A stretch of 64,000 nucleotides of DNA from an uncultured Acetobacteraceae bacterium (GTDB taxonomy: Bacteria; Pseudomonadota; Alphaproteobacteria; Acetobacterales; Acetobacteraceae). The notes under the pieces were generated by a model. The model was given only the letters and a program-made list of their open reading frames with translations, was not told the origin of the DNA and did not search any database. Of this stretch, positions 39,046 to 49,686 are shown piece by piece; positions within the stretch are counted from its first letter, which is position 1; every line of letters begins with the position of its first letter. The position numbers were made by a program, and so were the translations under genes. The stretch spans positions 11,087 through 75,086 of the forward strand of contig CAIRCM010000191.1 of NCBI GenBank assembly GCA_903877125.1, written 5' to 3'.

Positions 39046-39450
39046 TCAGCCCGGCCGAGCCGCCATCTTCAGGCTCGCCAAACCGGGCCGGTCGTCGATG
39101 GTCGATTTGCCGAATTCAGTGATAAAGCCCTTCATCGTCGGCATGCCCGGCGTTTCCTTGGCGGAGGTCGGCACGTGGGCCGGATCGGCCCAGAAGCAGC
39201 CGGTCCAGATCGGTAGCGCCGGATCCCCGCCTTCGAACTCCACCCAGACCGACGCTCCGACCGGCGGGATCGCGAAAAACCCGACCCCCGGACCGGCATA
39301 AGGCAGGCACGGCAAGGCCCAGCCCAAAGCGTCCGGCGAAACCGCCGGCACGGACGCTCTGATGCGGCCAAGCTGTGCTGGGTCTGCGTTGTCCACGACT
39401 ACGCCGCGATATTTGCCGATGTAGCGTTGCATGTTTGACGGGCCGGACAT
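39046..39450 (-). CDS. Phage baseplate assembly protein V / Gp5-VgrG N-terminal OB-fold protein (orphan, short)
   Basis: GKYRGVVVDNADP..LGRIRASVP, WALPCLPYAG..GFFAIPPVGASVWVEFEGGDP..PIWTGCFW. Start may be 39432. Confidence 0.82.
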   Translation of the reverse strand: MSGPSNMQRYIGKYRGVVVDNADPAQLGRIRASVPAVSPDALGWALPCLPYAGPGVGFFAIPPVGASVWVEFEGGDPALPIWTGCFWADPAHVPTSAKETPGMPTMKGFITEFGKSTIDDRPGLASLKMAARPG

Positions 39451-39565
39451 CGCCTTTGGTCTCCTGCATCGCCACCCAAAGAAGCAGATCGCGCCGCCGC
39501 GGTAAACGCCATTTGGGCCTATCGGCCGCGATCCCTATAATGGCGGCACTTACCCAGGTCGCACC

Positions 39566-40534
39566 ATGTACAGCCAAGCCCTGAACACCAAGGAAACGGC
39601 CGCCGACACCTCCCCGGAAGCCACCCGCTTCCAGGCCAGGATCGATGCCGAAGACCGGATCGAGCCCAACGACTGGATGCCCGAAGCCTATCGCCGCACC
39701 CTCATCCGCCAGATCTCCCAGCACGCGCATTCCGAAATCGTCGGCATGTTGCCGGAGGGGAACTGGATCACACGCGCCCCGTCGCTCCGCCGCAAGGCCG
39801 CGCTGCTGGCGAAGGTGCAGGATGAGGGCGGGCACGGCCTCTACCTCTACGCCGCCGCCGAAACCCTCGGCGTCGCCCGCGAGGAATTGACCGATCAGCT
39901 CCTGTCCGGCCGCGCCAAGTATTCCAGCATTTTCAACTACCCCACCCTCACCTGGGCCGATATCGGCACGATCGGCTGGCTGGTCGACGGGGCGGCGATC
40001 ATGAACCAGATCCCGCTCTGCCGCTGCTCCTTCGGCCCCTATGCCCGCGCGATGGTCCGCATCTGCCGCGAGGAATCCTTCCACCAGCGACAGGGCTATG
40101 AAATCGTCATGACCCTGTGCCAGGGCACCCCGGAGCAGAAGGCGATGGCGCAGGACGCGCTGAACCGCTGGTGGTGGCCGTGTCTGATGATGTTCGGCCC
40201 GCCGGACGGCGCCAGCGAACACTCCGACACCTCGATGCGCTGGAAGATCAAGCGTTTCTCCAACGACGGACTGCGTCAGAAATTCGTCGATGCGACCGTG
40301 CCGCAGGGCCGTTACCTCGGCCTGACATTCCCCGACCCGGACCTGCGCTTCGACGACGAATCCGGTCATTGGCGCTTCGGGCCGATCGACTGGGACGAAT
40401 TCCGCCGCGTCCTGGCCGGCGACGGCCCCTGCAACCGGGAGCGTCTGGAGGCCCGGCGCAAGGCGCACGACGACGGCGCCTGGGTCCGTGAAGCCGCCCT
40501 GGCATATGCCGCCAAGCAAAGGATCGCCGCATGA
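39566..40534 (+). CDS. paaA: Phenylacetyl-CoA epoxidase subunit A
   Basis: [34 protein letters not shown] and EESFHQRQG. Confidence 0.97.
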   Translation: MYSQALNTKETAADTSPEATRFQARIDAEDRIEPNDWMPEAYRRTLIRQISQHAHSEIVGMLPEGNWITRAPSLRRKAALLAKVQDEGGHGLYLYAAAETLGVAREELTDQLLSGRAKYSSIFNYPTLTWADIGTIGWLVDGAAIMNQIPLCRCSFGPYARAMVRICREESFHQRQGYEIVMTLCQGTPEQKAMAQDALNRWWWPCLMMFGPPDGASEHSDTSMRWKIKRFSNDGLRQKFVDATVPQGRYLGLTFPDPDLRFDDESGHWRFGPIDWDEFRRVLAGDGPCNRERLEARRKAHDDGAWVREAALAYAAKQRIAA

Positions 40535-40809
40535 ACACGCCCTTGTGGGAAGTCTTCATCCGCGCCCGCAACGGGCTGGCGCACAGGCATGTCGGCTCGG
40601 TTCACGCCGCCGACCCGACAATGGCGTTGCAGGCCGCCCGCGACGTCTACACCAGGCGAGGGGAGGGGCTGTCGGTCTGGGTCGTGCCCTCGAACGCGAT
40701 CGTCGCGTCCGACCCCGCCGATCGGGATATGCTGTTCGAGCCCACGGGATCGAAAATCTACCGGCACCCGACCTTTTACGAAATCCCCGAAGACGTGGGG
40801 CACATGTGA
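40531..40809 (+). CDS. paaB: Phenylacetyl-CoA epoxidase subunit B
   Basis: [27 protein letters not shown] and YRHPTFY. Confidence 0.96.
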   Translation: MNTPLWEVFIRARNGLAHRHVGSVHAADPTMALQAARDVYTRRGEGLSVWVVPSNAIVASDPADRDMLFEPTGSKIYRHPTFYEIPEDVGHM

Positions 40810-41504
40810 CCACAACGTCCATCGCCGTTCCCGACGAACCGCGCATCCAGACGCTCCTCGGCCTCGCGGACGACGCGCTGATCCTGGGCCATCGCCTCAG
40901 CGAGTGGACCGGTCACGCGCCGACGCTGGAGGAGGAACTCGCCCTCGCCAACATCGCCCTCGACCTGATCGGCCAGGCTCGGATGCTCTACCAGGCCACC
41001 GGGCTGGATGAAGACGCGCTGGCCTACCTGCGCGACCCCCCGCAGTTCCGGAACATGCCGATCGCCGAACTCCCGAACGGCGATTTCGCCTTCACAATGG
41101 TGCGCCTGTTTCTCGTGTCAGTGGCGGCAGACCGTTTCTGGCGGAATGCGGTAGCGTCGGAGGACCCGACGATCGCCGCCATCGCGGCCAAGGCGGAAAA
41201 GGAAACCGCATACCACGTGCGGCATGCCGCGGCCTGGGTGATCCGCCTCGGAGACGGCACGCCGGAATCCCACCGGCGGGCGCAGACCGCGCTGAACGCG
41301 CTCTGGCCCTATACCGGCGGGTTCGCGGACCGGGCAGGGTGGTTGCAGGCGGTGGCGCCGGTTCTGTCGGAGGCGACTCTCGTTCAACCCGCCGACGGCT
41401 GGATGCAACCCAGTGGCCGCGACGGCCGGCACACCGAACACCTCGGGCATCTCCTGGCCGAAATGCAGATACTGCCGCGCACCCACCCGGGCGCCACGTG
41501 GTAG
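40806..41504 (+). CDS. paaC: Phenylacetyl-CoA epoxidase subunit C
   Basis: LADDALILGHRLSEWTGHAPTLEEELALANIALD and KETAYH. GTG start overlaps the paaB stop. Confidence 0.94.
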   Translation: MTTTSIAVPDEPRIQTLLGLADDALILGHRLSEWTGHAPTLEEELALANIALDLIGQARMLYQATGLDEDALAYLRDPPQFRNMPIAELPNGDFAFTMVRLFLVSVAADRFWRNAVASEDPTIAAIAAKAEKETAYHVRHAAAWVIRLGDGTPESHRRAQTALNALWPYTGGFADRAGWLQAVAPVLSEATLVQPADGWMQPSGRDGRHTEHLGHLLAEMQILPRTHPGATW

Positions 41505-41953
41505 AAAAGCTGGCCCGGGCCCGCGCCGCCGTCGCCGCGGTCGAGGATCCGGAAATCCCGGTACTGACGATCGAGGATTTGGGAATCCTGCGCGACGTCC
41601 GCCTGGATGGGGATACGGTCGAAGTCACGATCACCCCAACCTACTCCGGATGTCCGGCCATGATCGCGATCGGGTTGGAGATCGAAACGGCACTGGCGCG
41701 CGCAGGCTTCCCGAAGTCCCAGGTTCGGTCCGTGCTGTCCCCAGCCTGGACCACGGATTGGATGTCCGAGGCGGGGCGACGCAAGCTGCTTGCCTACGGT
41801 ATCGCGCCGCCAAATCCGAACGCCTTGCCTTCCTGCCCGCAATGCGGATCGGAAAATACCGAGCAGATCAGTGCGTTCGGGTCCACGGCGTGCAAAGCGC
41901 TATACCGGTGTTTGGCGTGCCGCGAGCCGTTCGATGCGTTCAAGTGTCATTGA
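41498..41953 (+). CDS. paaD: Phenylacetyl-CoA epoxidase subunit D
   Basis: VEDPEIPVLTIEDLGILR, TPTYSGCPA, WTTDW, CPQC and FGSTACKALYRC..C.EPFDAFKCH. Confidence 0.93.
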   Translation: MVEKLARARAAVAAVEDPEIPVLTIEDLGILRDVRLDGDTVEVTITPTYSGCPAMIAIGLEIETALARAGFPKSQVRSVLSPAWTTDWMSEAGRRKLLAYGIAPPNPNALPSCPQCGSENTEQISAFGSTACKALYRCLACREPFDAFKCH

Positions 41954-41970
41954 GCTGCATTTGGCGCCCT

Positions 41971-42855
41971 TCAAGCCGCCGTGGGCCGCCGCAAACGATC
42001 CATCGCCGCCACGATACCCCGGCCAACAGACGGATCGACCGCACGCAGCGGCGGGCGGACCCGGGCAAACGCCGGCTCGTTCGTCCTCGCGGCGATCGCC
42101 GATTTCAGCGTCGGGATGAACGGACCAGCGATCAGCTCGCAAGCCTGCCGCATCGGGCCGGCCGCGTCCGGATCGGAGAACATCGCCCGCACCAGATCGG
42201 GCACCACATTCGCCATCCCGCAGATCGTGCCCGCCCCACCCTCGGCCAGCGCCCGGCCAATGTGCGGTTCCGTTCCCGTCGTCACCGCCGCTTCCGGTGC
42301 CGCTGCTCGGAATGCCTGGAACTGCGCGAAATCGCCGCTGCTGTCCTTCACCCCCGCCACGATCCGCCCGTACCGCGTGCGCAGCGAGCCCAGGACCGAC
42401 GCCGGCACTGGCACCCCGGATACCTGAGGGATGTGGTAAAGCGTTGCCCGCAGCCGTTCGTCCCCAACGCCATCGATGATCGCCGCGAAAGCGTCCTCGA
42501 TCCCCTGTGCATCGACATCCCGGTAGAAATACGGCGGCAGCAGCAGCACGTGGCGCAGGCCAAGCGCCAGCGCGCCGCGGGTCAGCTCCATCGAGTCCGT
42601 GATCGCCGGACACCCGGTCCCCAGCGCGATCCGGTCCGCCGACACACCGGCTTTCAGCATGGCTTCCACGGCCGCGAATCGTTCCGCGCCGCTGAACATC
42701 GGCCCTTCGCCCGTCGTGCCGAATGGCACCAGACCATCGCAGCCTTGCGCCAACAGGTTCAAGGCATGGCGCGCCAGGGCGGCGTGATTCACCCCACCGT
42801 CAGCATCCAGCGGCGTGGCGATGGCAACCCATAGGCCGCGGATCGATTCTGTCAT
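41971..42855 (-). CDS. Dihydrodipicolinate synthase family (DapA/NanA-like) aldolase
   Basis: FGTTGE, LYHIPQ and Schiff-base Lys in GVKDSSGD. Confidence 0.87.
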   Translation of the reverse strand: MTESIRGLWVAIATPLDADGGVNHAALARHALNLLAQGCDGLVPFGTTGEGPMFSGAERFAAVEAMLKAGVSADRIALGTGCPAITDSMELTRGALALGLRHVLLLPPYFYRDVDAQGIEDAFAAIIDGVGDERLRATLYHIPQVSGVPVPASVLGSLRTRYGRIVAGVKDSSGDFAQFQAFRAAAPEAAVTTGTEPHIGRALAEGGAGTICGMANVVPDLVRAMFSDPDAAGPMRQACELIAGPFIPTLKSAIAARTNEPAFARVRPPLRAVDPSVGRGIVAAMDRLRRPTAA

Positions 42856-42899
42856 GCTTCCTCCAAAACGGCCCCATGTTGGACGGTTGCTATTACCCC

Positions 42900-45236
42900 T
42901 CAGAAGGTCACACGCACACCCCCGAAAACCCCAACGGGGGCGGCTGGACTATAGGCGCGCGGATTGGTCGCGTTCGGTGCCTGTGCCAGATAGACCGACG
43001 ATGTCGGGGAGAACGTGCCATAAGTATAATGCTTGCTGTCCGTCACGTTCTCCGCATAGGCAAACACCTGAACATGCGGCGTGAGCTGATAGCTCGTGCT
43101 CAGGTTCAACGTCACGAACCCGGGCAGCCGAGGGGTCGAATTCGACTCGTCGCCAAACAGATACTGCCCGCTTTGCGCGATCGCGACCGCACCGACGGTC
43201 CAGTCGTCGGTGATCTTGTAGGTGATCCCAAGCTTGCCCTGATGCGCCGGGATTCCAGGCAGGCGGTTGCCCGGCGAGATCGAGATGTTGCCGTTGGCAT
43301 CGGCCGCCGGATTGTTCCCCGCAGCTTCGGTGAATCCGGTCCGAAACGTCGCATCCGTATATGCATACGCGAGATAGGCCGTCCAGCGCGGCGTCCTGTA
43401 TTGCAGACTGGCATCCACACCTTGTCGCTGAGATTGCCCGACATTGGTGAAAAACGCCCGGTTCAGCGTGACGCTGTTCACGAAGACGATGTCGTCGCTT
43501 AACACGCTGCGATAAAACCCAAGACTATAGCTCAATCGTCTGTCTTCGTCGGTATCGAAACTGCCGCGCACCCCGGCCTCGATCGTTCGGGCCACAACCT
43601 GTTTCAGGTTCGGATCGCCGACGAAAAAATTTGCCAAACTACATGAATCGTTCGGCGCTGCGCACGACAGCTCCGCCGGCGTAGGCGCCCGGTTTGCCTC
43701 GGCGTAGCCGGCATAGGCCGTCAGCCAGGGCGTGACCTTGTACGTCACCCCCACCGCGGGATTGAACCGCGCGTAGCTGTGGCTGCCCGTCAGCCCGCCA
43801 CCGTTCCGATCGCGCAGATCGATGTTCGCCACGTTGAAGCGCCCGGACAGCGTGACCGCCAACCGATCGTCGATATTCAGTGTGTCGGCAACGAACGCGG
43901 CATGGTAAGCAACACCGATCCCAACCCGTACTGGCGTGTTGACGCCGGGCTCGCCGATGATCACGCCCGGCCCGGCAAACACCCGAGAGCTCGGGTCGAT
44001 CCCCCCAATAAACGACACGCCCGTGAACATTGTCTGAGCGCCATCGAAACTCAGCCCGGCGACCAGATGATTCTTGAACCCCGAAATCGTCTGCGTATCG
44101 GTGACCTGCACCGACACGCCGTACCCGTTGGTATTGGTCGTCTGATTGTCCAGCTCCGCATAGGCAAGCGCGCTCTGCCCCAAAAACGCCGGTATCGCCG
44201 AACCGCCCAGCGTCGTGCTGTAGGCATCGGCCCCGTTGCAAAGCAGCGCCGACCCATCGTTGCAGGGTGTGTCGTTTGGCGCATTGCCGTTCGTCACCCG
44301 TTGCAGAAAATTGTTGAAATATGCCACCGCCTGCACGGACACCGTATCGCTGACTGTCAGATCGCCCGACAGGCTGACCTGCGCAAACCGGTTCGCAACC
44401 TGATTCGGTCCGGTGAACTGCGCCGCCGGCGCGACCGCCAGCAGCTCGACCGGAGCCGTACCCGGCCCGTTCAACACCGAATTCGCGAATATCGCGCTGA
44501 AATGCACCGCCGCATCCCGGCCCCGCCACCCGATATCGCCGTAGAATTTCTGCACGTCCGACGATTGCAGATCGCGCCAGCCACCCTGGTGCACGCCGCT
44601 CGCCGCGATATAGACGGCGGTATCGCCGCCCTGCCGGCCCCACTGAAAATTCGCGCCGGCCGTGCTGAACGACCCCCCGTGAATTTCGAATTCCCCGCCC
44701 TGATACGTGAACCCGTTCTTCAAACGGATGTTCAACGCGCCGCCCAGCGCATTCAGCCCGAATACCGGGTTCGACCCTTCCAGGTTCATCCGGTCGATCG
44801 CCATATCCGGCAGCAGATCGAAATTGACCGTATCGCCGAACGCCTGATTGAACCGCACGCCGTTGATGTAGACCGCGAGGCCCTGCGACGTGCCCTGCAA
44901 TCCCGACGCCTGAAACCCGTGATACAACATCGTCGGCTGAAACGGATTGCCCGAGGCCGAATCCAGATTCACGCCCCCCACCGTCTCGCTCAACGCTCGC
45001 GTCGCGTCGGACGGCACCGTCCCGCCCCGTGTCAGATCGCCGCCGCTCAAAACATGGGTCTGCGCCGGCACCGAATCACGCTCGACCCCCGACCCCAGCA
45101 GCGGCGAGCTCGCGATGACATCGACGGACGGCAGAACCACATCGATCGGCACCGGCTGCGCTTGGGCAGCGCCCAATCCCCCCACGAAAGCGGCGACTGT
45201 CATCCAGTGCGTCCGGGGACGCCGCAACCTCCGCAT
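42900..45236 (-). CDS. TonB-dependent outer-membrane receptor
   Basis: Signal peptide, plug QGLAVYINGVRFN..EGSNPVFGLNALGGA, beta-barrel and terminal NVTD..Y..GGVRVTF. Start could be GTG 45275. Confidence 0.92.
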   Translation of the reverse strand: MRRLRRPRTHWMTVAAFVGGLGAAQAQPVPIDVVLPSVDVIASSPLLGSGVERDSVPAQTHVLSGGDLTRGGTVPSDATRALSETVGGVNLDSASGNPFQPTMLYHGFQASGLQGTSQGLAVYINGVRFNQAFGDTVNFDLLPDMAIDRMNLEGSNPVFGLNALGGALNIRLKNGFTYQGGEFEIHGGSFSTAGANFQWGRQGGDTAVYIAASGVHQGGWRDLQSSDVQKFYGDIGWRGRDAAVHFSAIFANSVLNGPGTAPVELLAVAPAAQFTGPNQVANRFAQVSLSGDLTVSDTVSVQAVAYFNNFLQRVTNGNAPNDTPCNDGSALLCNGADAYSTTLGGSAIPAFLGQSALAYAELDNQTTNTNGYGVSVQVTDTQTISGFKNHLVAGLSFDGAQTMFTGVSFIGGIDPSSRVFAGPGVIIGEPGVNTPVRVGIGVAYHAAFVADTLNIDDRLAVTLSGRFNVANIDLRDRNGGGLTGSHSYARFNPAVGVTYKVTPWLTAYAGYAEANRAPTPAELSCAAPNDSCSLANFFVGDPNLKQVVARTIEAGVRGSFDTDEDRRLSYSLGFYRSVLSDDIVFVNSVTLNRAFFTNVGQSQRQGVDASLQYRTPRWTAYLAYAYTDATFRTGFTEAAGNNPAADANGNISISPGNRLPGIPAHQGKLGITYKITDDWTVGAVAIAQSGQYLFGDESNSTPRLPGFVTLNLSTSYQLTPHVQVFAYAENVTDSKHYTYGTFSPTSSVYLAQAPNATNPRAYSPAAPVGVFGGVRVTF

Positions 45237-45468
45237 CGTTCGCCCCTCCCTCGGCGTTATATTTTCCGAGGCCACCTATATCGTGTTTTTCGCCCGGCGG
45301 GGAAAAACCGCCGGCCCGCCGCGACAGCATCTTCCGCGCCGCTGCCGTTCTAGACCGAAATCGATCCCGCCGCGGCCCAGGCCCAGACACCGCCCGTTTC
45401 CCTCCAGCCGCCTTCCTGCTACCACGCCGCCCGAGCGGGACTGCCGCCTCTGGGATACACACGCTTCC

Positions 45469-45945
45469 ATGTTCGATTTCGCTTGGTCGGAAATTGGCCT
45501 GATCGCCGCCGTTGCCCTGATCTTCATCGGGCCAAAGGACATGCCTGTCGCCATTCGCGCGGTGTCGGGCATGGTCAAGAAGGCGCGCCGTATGGCCGCC
45601 GAGTTCCAGACCCATGTCGACGAAATGGTCCGCGAGGCCAATCTCGACGACGTCAAGAACACGTTCAACGAAATCCGCAATTTCGACTTCAAGGAAACCG
45701 TCGAAAAGCACATCGACCCCGATGGCAGCCTGCGCGACACGTTCTCCGATATCGCGACACCGAGCGAACCCGCGCCGGACGAACCTGCGATATCGGAAGC
45801 CCCGCCGGAACCCGAAGCCGAAAAGCCGGAACCGGTGGTCCTGGCCCCCGCCTTCATCCCACCGGGGCTGATTCCCCCGCCCGAACCGGTGAAAGCGGAT
45901 TCCCCCGAACCGCCGGCCTTCGTGCCGCCGCAATACCTGACCTGA
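45469..45945 (+). CDS. tatB: Sec-independent protein translocase TatB
   Basis: MFDFAWSEIGLIAAVALIFIGPKDMP with a Pro/Glu-rich tail. Confidence 0.95.
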   Translation: MFDFAWSEIGLIAAVALIFIGPKDMPVAIRAVSGMVKKARRMAAEFQTHVDEMVREANLDDVKNTFNEIRNFDFKETVEKHIDPDGSLRDTFSDIATPSEPAPDEPAISEAPPEPEAEKPEPVVLAPAFIPPGLIPPPEPVKADSPEPPAFVPPQYLT

Positions 45946-45975
45946 CCAACCCCATAACCAGGCGAACCCCCCGAC

Positions 45976-46761
45976 GTGGCCGATACCAACGAAGAGGACA
46001 CTATCGACGACAAGCCCATGCCGCTGCTCGATCACCTGATTGAGTTGCGCCGCAGGCTGATGTGGTCTCTCGGGGCCTTCGCCATCTGTTTCGCGCTGTC
46101 GTACTATTTCTCCGCGACGGTCTATTATGTGCTCGCCAAGCCACTGGCGGATGTGCTGCGGGCGATGGGCAGTCCGGACCCGAAACTGATCTACACCCAG
46201 CTGTACGAGGCGTTTTTCGTCCGCATCAAGGTCGGCATGTTTGGCGGGATGTTCCTCGGCTTCCCCATGATCGCCTGCCAGCTCTGGTTGTTCGTCGCAC
46301 CCGGCCTGTACAAATCCGAAAAGCGCGCGTTGCTGCCGTTTCTCGCCGCGACGCCGGTGCTGTTCATCCTCGGCGCGTCGCTCGCCTATTTCGTGCTGTT
46401 CCCGATCGCCTTCCAGTTTTTCGCCGGCTTCCAGGACCTGACCGGTGGCGGCGGAGTGCCCATCGAATTGGTGCCGAAGGTGGGCGAATACCTCGATCTG
46501 GTCATGAAAATGATCATCGCCTGCGGGCTGGTGTTCCAGATGCCCGTCGGCATCGCGCTGCTCGCCAAGGTCGGCATCGTCAATGCGAAGCAACTGCGCG
46601 AAAAGCGCCGCTGGGCCATCGTCGGCATGACCATCCTCGCCGCGATCGCCGCACCGCCCGACCCGATTTCCATGGTCGTCGTCGCGCTGCCGCTGATCGT
46701 GCTGTACGAAGTGTCGATCATCGCCGCGTCGTTGGTCGAAAAGAAGCCCGTGGAGGACTGA
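45976..46761 (+). CDS. tatC: Sec-independent protein translocase TatC
   Basis: MPLLDHLIELRRRL, LWLFVAPGLYKSEK and PPDPISM. Confidence 0.96.
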   Translation: MADTNEEDTIDDKPMPLLDHLIELRRRLMWSLGAFAICFALSYYFSATVYYVLAKPLADVLRAMGSPDPKLIYTQLYEAFFVRIKVGMFGGMFLGFPMIACQLWLFVAPGLYKSEKRALLPFLAATPVLFILGASLAYFVLFPIAFQFFAGFQDLTGGGGVPIELVPKVGEYLDLVMKMIIACGLVFQMPVGIALLAKVGIVNAKQLREKRRWAIVGMTILAAIAAPPDPISMVVVALPLIVLYEVSIIAASLVEKKPVED

Positions 46762-46764
46762 CCG

Positions 46765-48039
46765 ATGCATGATATCCGCTCCATCCGCACCGATCCCGCC
46801 GCGTTCGACGCGTCGATGCGCCGCCGCGGTCTGGCCCCACAATCCCCGGACATCCTGGCCCTCGACCAGGCCCGCCGCGCTGCCCAGACGGCCTTGCAGG
46901 ACAAGCAGGCCCGGCGCAACGCACTCGCCAAGGAGATCGGCCAGGGCAAGCGCACCGGCGCCGACACGACCACGCTGGAAGCCGAGGCCACGGCCCTGCG
47001 CGCGGAGATGGAGGGCCTGGAAAAACAGGCCGCCGAACAGGATGCCGCGATCAAGGCGATCCTCGAATCATTGCCCAACGTCCTCGATGCCGGCGTGCCG
47101 GACGGTGCGGACGAAAGCGCCAACGTCGTCGTCGCTCAGCACGGCGAACCCCGCGACCTCGGATTCGAACCCAAGCCCCACTGGGAACTCGGCGAAGCCC
47201 TCGGCATGATGGACTTCGCCACCGCCGCCAAAATGGCCGGCGCCCGGTCCACCATCCTGCGCGGCCCCCTGGCCCGGCTCGAACGCGCCCTGGGGCAGTT
47301 CATGCTGGACCTGCACACCGAACAGCATGGCTATGTCGAGATGGTCGTGCCCTCCATGGTCAACGACGCCGCCGCCTATGGCACCGACAAACTGCCGAAA
47401 TTCGCCGACGACCTGTTCAAAACGACGGATGGCCGCTGGCTGATCCCCACCGCCGAGGTCCCGCTCACTGCCTCCGTCATGGGCGAAATGCTGGCCGAGA
47501 AAGACCTGCCGCGCCGCCTCACCGCGCTGACCGACTGTTTCCGCAGTGAAGCCGGCGCCGCCGGCCGCGACACCCGCGGCATGCTGCGCCAGCACCAGTT
47601 CCGTAAGGTCGAGCTCGTCTCCATCTGCCACCCCGATCACAGCGCCGCCGAACACGAACGCATGATAAGCTGTGCCGAGGCCGTCTTGCGCGCGCTGTCC
47701 GTGCCGTTCCGCCGTGTCGCCCTCTGCGCCGGCGACACCGGCTTCGGCGCCGCGACGACCTTCGACCTGGAGGTCTGGATGCCCGGCCAGCAGGCATGGC
47801 GGGAAATCTCCTCCTGCTCCAACACCAAGGATTTCCAGGCCCGTCGCATGAACGCCCGTTTCCGCTCGCCCGACGGCAAGACGGTCGCATTCGTCCACAC
47901 CCTGAACGGGTCCGGTGTCGCGGTGGGTCGGGCGCTGATCGCGGTGATGGAAAATCATCAGCAGGCGGACGGCTCGATCCTGATCCCCGAGGTTCTGCGC
48001 CGTTACATGGGCGGTCAGGACCGGGTCGCGGCCGGGTAA
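46765..48039 (+). CDS. serS: Serine--tRNA ligase
   Basis: [39 protein letters not shown] and HTLNGSG. Confidence 0.98.
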   Translation: MHDIRSIRTDPAAFDASMRRRGLAPQSPDILALDQARRAAQTALQDKQARRNALAKEIGQGKRTGADTTTLEAEATALRAEMEGLEKQAAEQDAAIKAILESLPNVLDAGVPDGADESANVVVAQHGEPRDLGFEPKPHWELGEALGMMDFATAAKMAGARSTILRGPLARLERALGQFMLDLHTEQHGYVEMVVPSMVNDAAAYGTDKLPKFADDLFKTTDGRWLIPTAEVPLTASVMGEMLAEKDLPRRLTALTDCFRSEAGAAGRDTRGMLRQHQFRKVELVSICHPDHSAAEHERMISCAEAVLRALSVPFRRVALCAGDTGFGAATTFDLEVWMPGQQAWREISSCSNTKDFQARRMNARFRSPDGKTVAFVHTLNGSGVAVGRALIAVMENHQQADGSILIPEVLRRYMGGQDRVAAG

Positions 48040-48071
48040 GGCCTAACGGCCGGCCAGGGGACGCAACTGCT

Positions 48072-49616
48072 TCACAACGTCCCCAGCGCCCCCGCCATCG
48101 CCGCGAACACCGGTCCCCAATCCTCCCGCTCGGTCTGCCGGAACAGCCGCATCGTCGGATACCACGGACTGTCCCCCCGCCCGAGCTGCCAGCGCCAATC
48201 CGGCACCGCCCGCAGCGCGACCCACACCGGCCGCCCCAACGCACCTGCCAGATGGGCAATCGACGTATCGGACGTCACCACCAGATCCACGCACATCATC
48301 GCCGCCGCGGTATCCAAAAACCCGTCGGGGCCAAGATCGAAATCCGCCCCCAGCGTCTCCACCGACCCCAGAGCGTCCAACTGCTCCGTTCCATCGTTCT
48401 TTTGCAGGCTGATCAGTCGCACGCCCGGCACCGTGGCCAAGGCCGTGAACGCGTGCAGAGGTATCGACCGCCCCCGATCCTCGATCCGCGCGGGATTGCC
48501 CTGCCACGCGATGCCGATTTTCAAACCTTCCGTCCCAATCCGCGCCCCCCACCGCGCGATCCGGTCCGCCTCGGCGAAAAGGTAGGGAACCGGTCCTGGG
48601 ATCGTGGCACCGGTCCGTGCCGGCAGACTCATAAGCGGGCAGACCACATCGGCCATAACCGCCGCACCCGGCGAAACCATCGGCGGCATCCCGGGCATGG
48701 TCCCCAGCAGCCGCTGCAGCCGAGGCGGCGCCTCGAACGTCACCGAACCCGCCAGTCCCGGCAGAAACCGGCAGAACTGGATCGTGTCGCCCAGCCCCTG
48801 CTCCGCGTAGACCAGCAGCCGCCGCCCGTTCAGCGGTTCGCCGGTCCATTGCGGCTGCGTCAACCCCCGGTCCGGCACCGCCCGAGCAGCGAATCGCTGC
48901 TCCCACCCCGGCCACGCCTCCGAGTCGCGCCCGGTCAGCAAAAGCAGCAGCGCCATATTATAGATGAGCACCGGGTCGTTCGGCTGCCGGCCGAGGGCAT
49001 CGCGCAGCAGCGACTCGGCCGCGTCGACCTTGCCCAGCTCCTTCAGCACGCTCGATAGATTGAGCTGCACGCCCATATCGTCCGGTGCCCGGCGCAGCGC
49101 CTCGCGCAACCGCTCCTCGGCCTCCTCCAGGGCGCCGATATTGCGCAGCGCGGTCCCCAGATTGTTGAACAGGTCAGGCAGGTTGGGCTTCAGCCGCACG
49201 GCTTCCCGATACGCCCGCAGCGCTTCCCCCGGCTGTAACGCATCGGTATGGGCGTGCCCCAGGACCTGATAAGCCTCGGCATTGTTGCTTTTGGTGCGCA
49301 GCGCGACGTTGCACGCGGCGACCGCCTCTGCCGGCCGGCGCAGCGCCAGGAGGGCGTGTGCCCGATGCACATGGTAGACGGACACCAACGGTTTCGCCAG
49401 AATCGCGGCATCGAACAGATCGAGGGCAGCCGCCGCATGCCCGGACTGCAAGGCCAAAACCCCCAACATATGATTCGCATCCGCATGCCGCGGCTCGGCC
49501 GCCAGCACCTGCCGATACACCTGCTCGGCCTCCGCCAGACGCCCGGCGGCATGCAGACGCTCGCCTTGCTGGCAGGCGGCGTCGAGCTGTTTGGACCGGC
49601 GGCTCATGCGGGTCAT
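48072..49616 (-). CDS. TPR-repeat protein with C-terminal glycosyltransferase family 9-like domain
   Basis: Several TPRs (AEAYQVLG, LFNNLG), EQGLGDTIQF, IGIAWQGNP and DLVVTSDTSIAHLAGALGRP. Start is 49616 or 49607. Confidence 0.88.
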   Translation of the reverse strand: MTRMSRRSKQLDAACQQGERLHAAGRLAEAEQVYRQVLAAEPRHADANHMLGVLALQSGHAAAALDLFDAAILAKPLVSVYHVHRAHALLALRRPAEAVAACNVALRTKSNNAEAYQVLGHAHTDALQPGEALRAYREAVRLKPNLPDLFNNLGTALRNIGALEEAEERLREALRRAPDDMGVQLNLSSVLKELGKVDAAESLLRDALGRQPNDPVLIYNMALLLLLTGRDSEAWPGWEQRFAARAVPDRGLTQPQWTGEPLNGRRLLVYAEQGLGDTIQFCRFLPGLAGSVTFEAPPRLQRLLGTMPGMPPMVSPGAAVMADVVCPLMSLPARTGATIPGPVPYLFAEADRIARWGARIGTEGLKIGIAWQGNPARIEDRGRSIPLHAFTALATVPGVRLISLQKNDGTEQLDALGSVETLGADFDLGPDGFLDTAAAMMCVDLVVTSDTSIAHLAGALGRPVWVALRAVPDWRWQLGRGDSPWYPTMRLFRQTEREDWGPVFAAMAGALGTL

Positions 49617-49686
49617 CCATATTCCCTGGGAGCGGGCCTGTCCCATCCCCTTGCCGAGAGGGTCGCATGCCCACACTGAACTTTCC

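Noticed and set aside
38960-39048. Frameshifted continuation of the Gp5-N gene
   Set aside because: Alternative frames past the stop give short peptides (e.g. GSALALRHEA) with no convincing beta-helix repeat pattern, so a frameshift cannot be supported.
42900-45236. Assigning a substrate (metal, cofactor) to the TonB-dependent receptor
   Set aside because: No Fur-box-like or riboswitch-like element was recognised upstream and the neighbours are uninformative.
45276-45468. Missing tatA upstream of tatB
   Set aside because: No tatA-like ORF is present in the spacer, but unlinked tatA is common, so this is not notable alone.
48072-49616. TPR-GT9 protein as part of a novel glycosylation system
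   Set aside because: A solitary member of a family that is common and multi-copy in alphaproteobacteria, with no sugar-biosynthesis or target genes adjacent.
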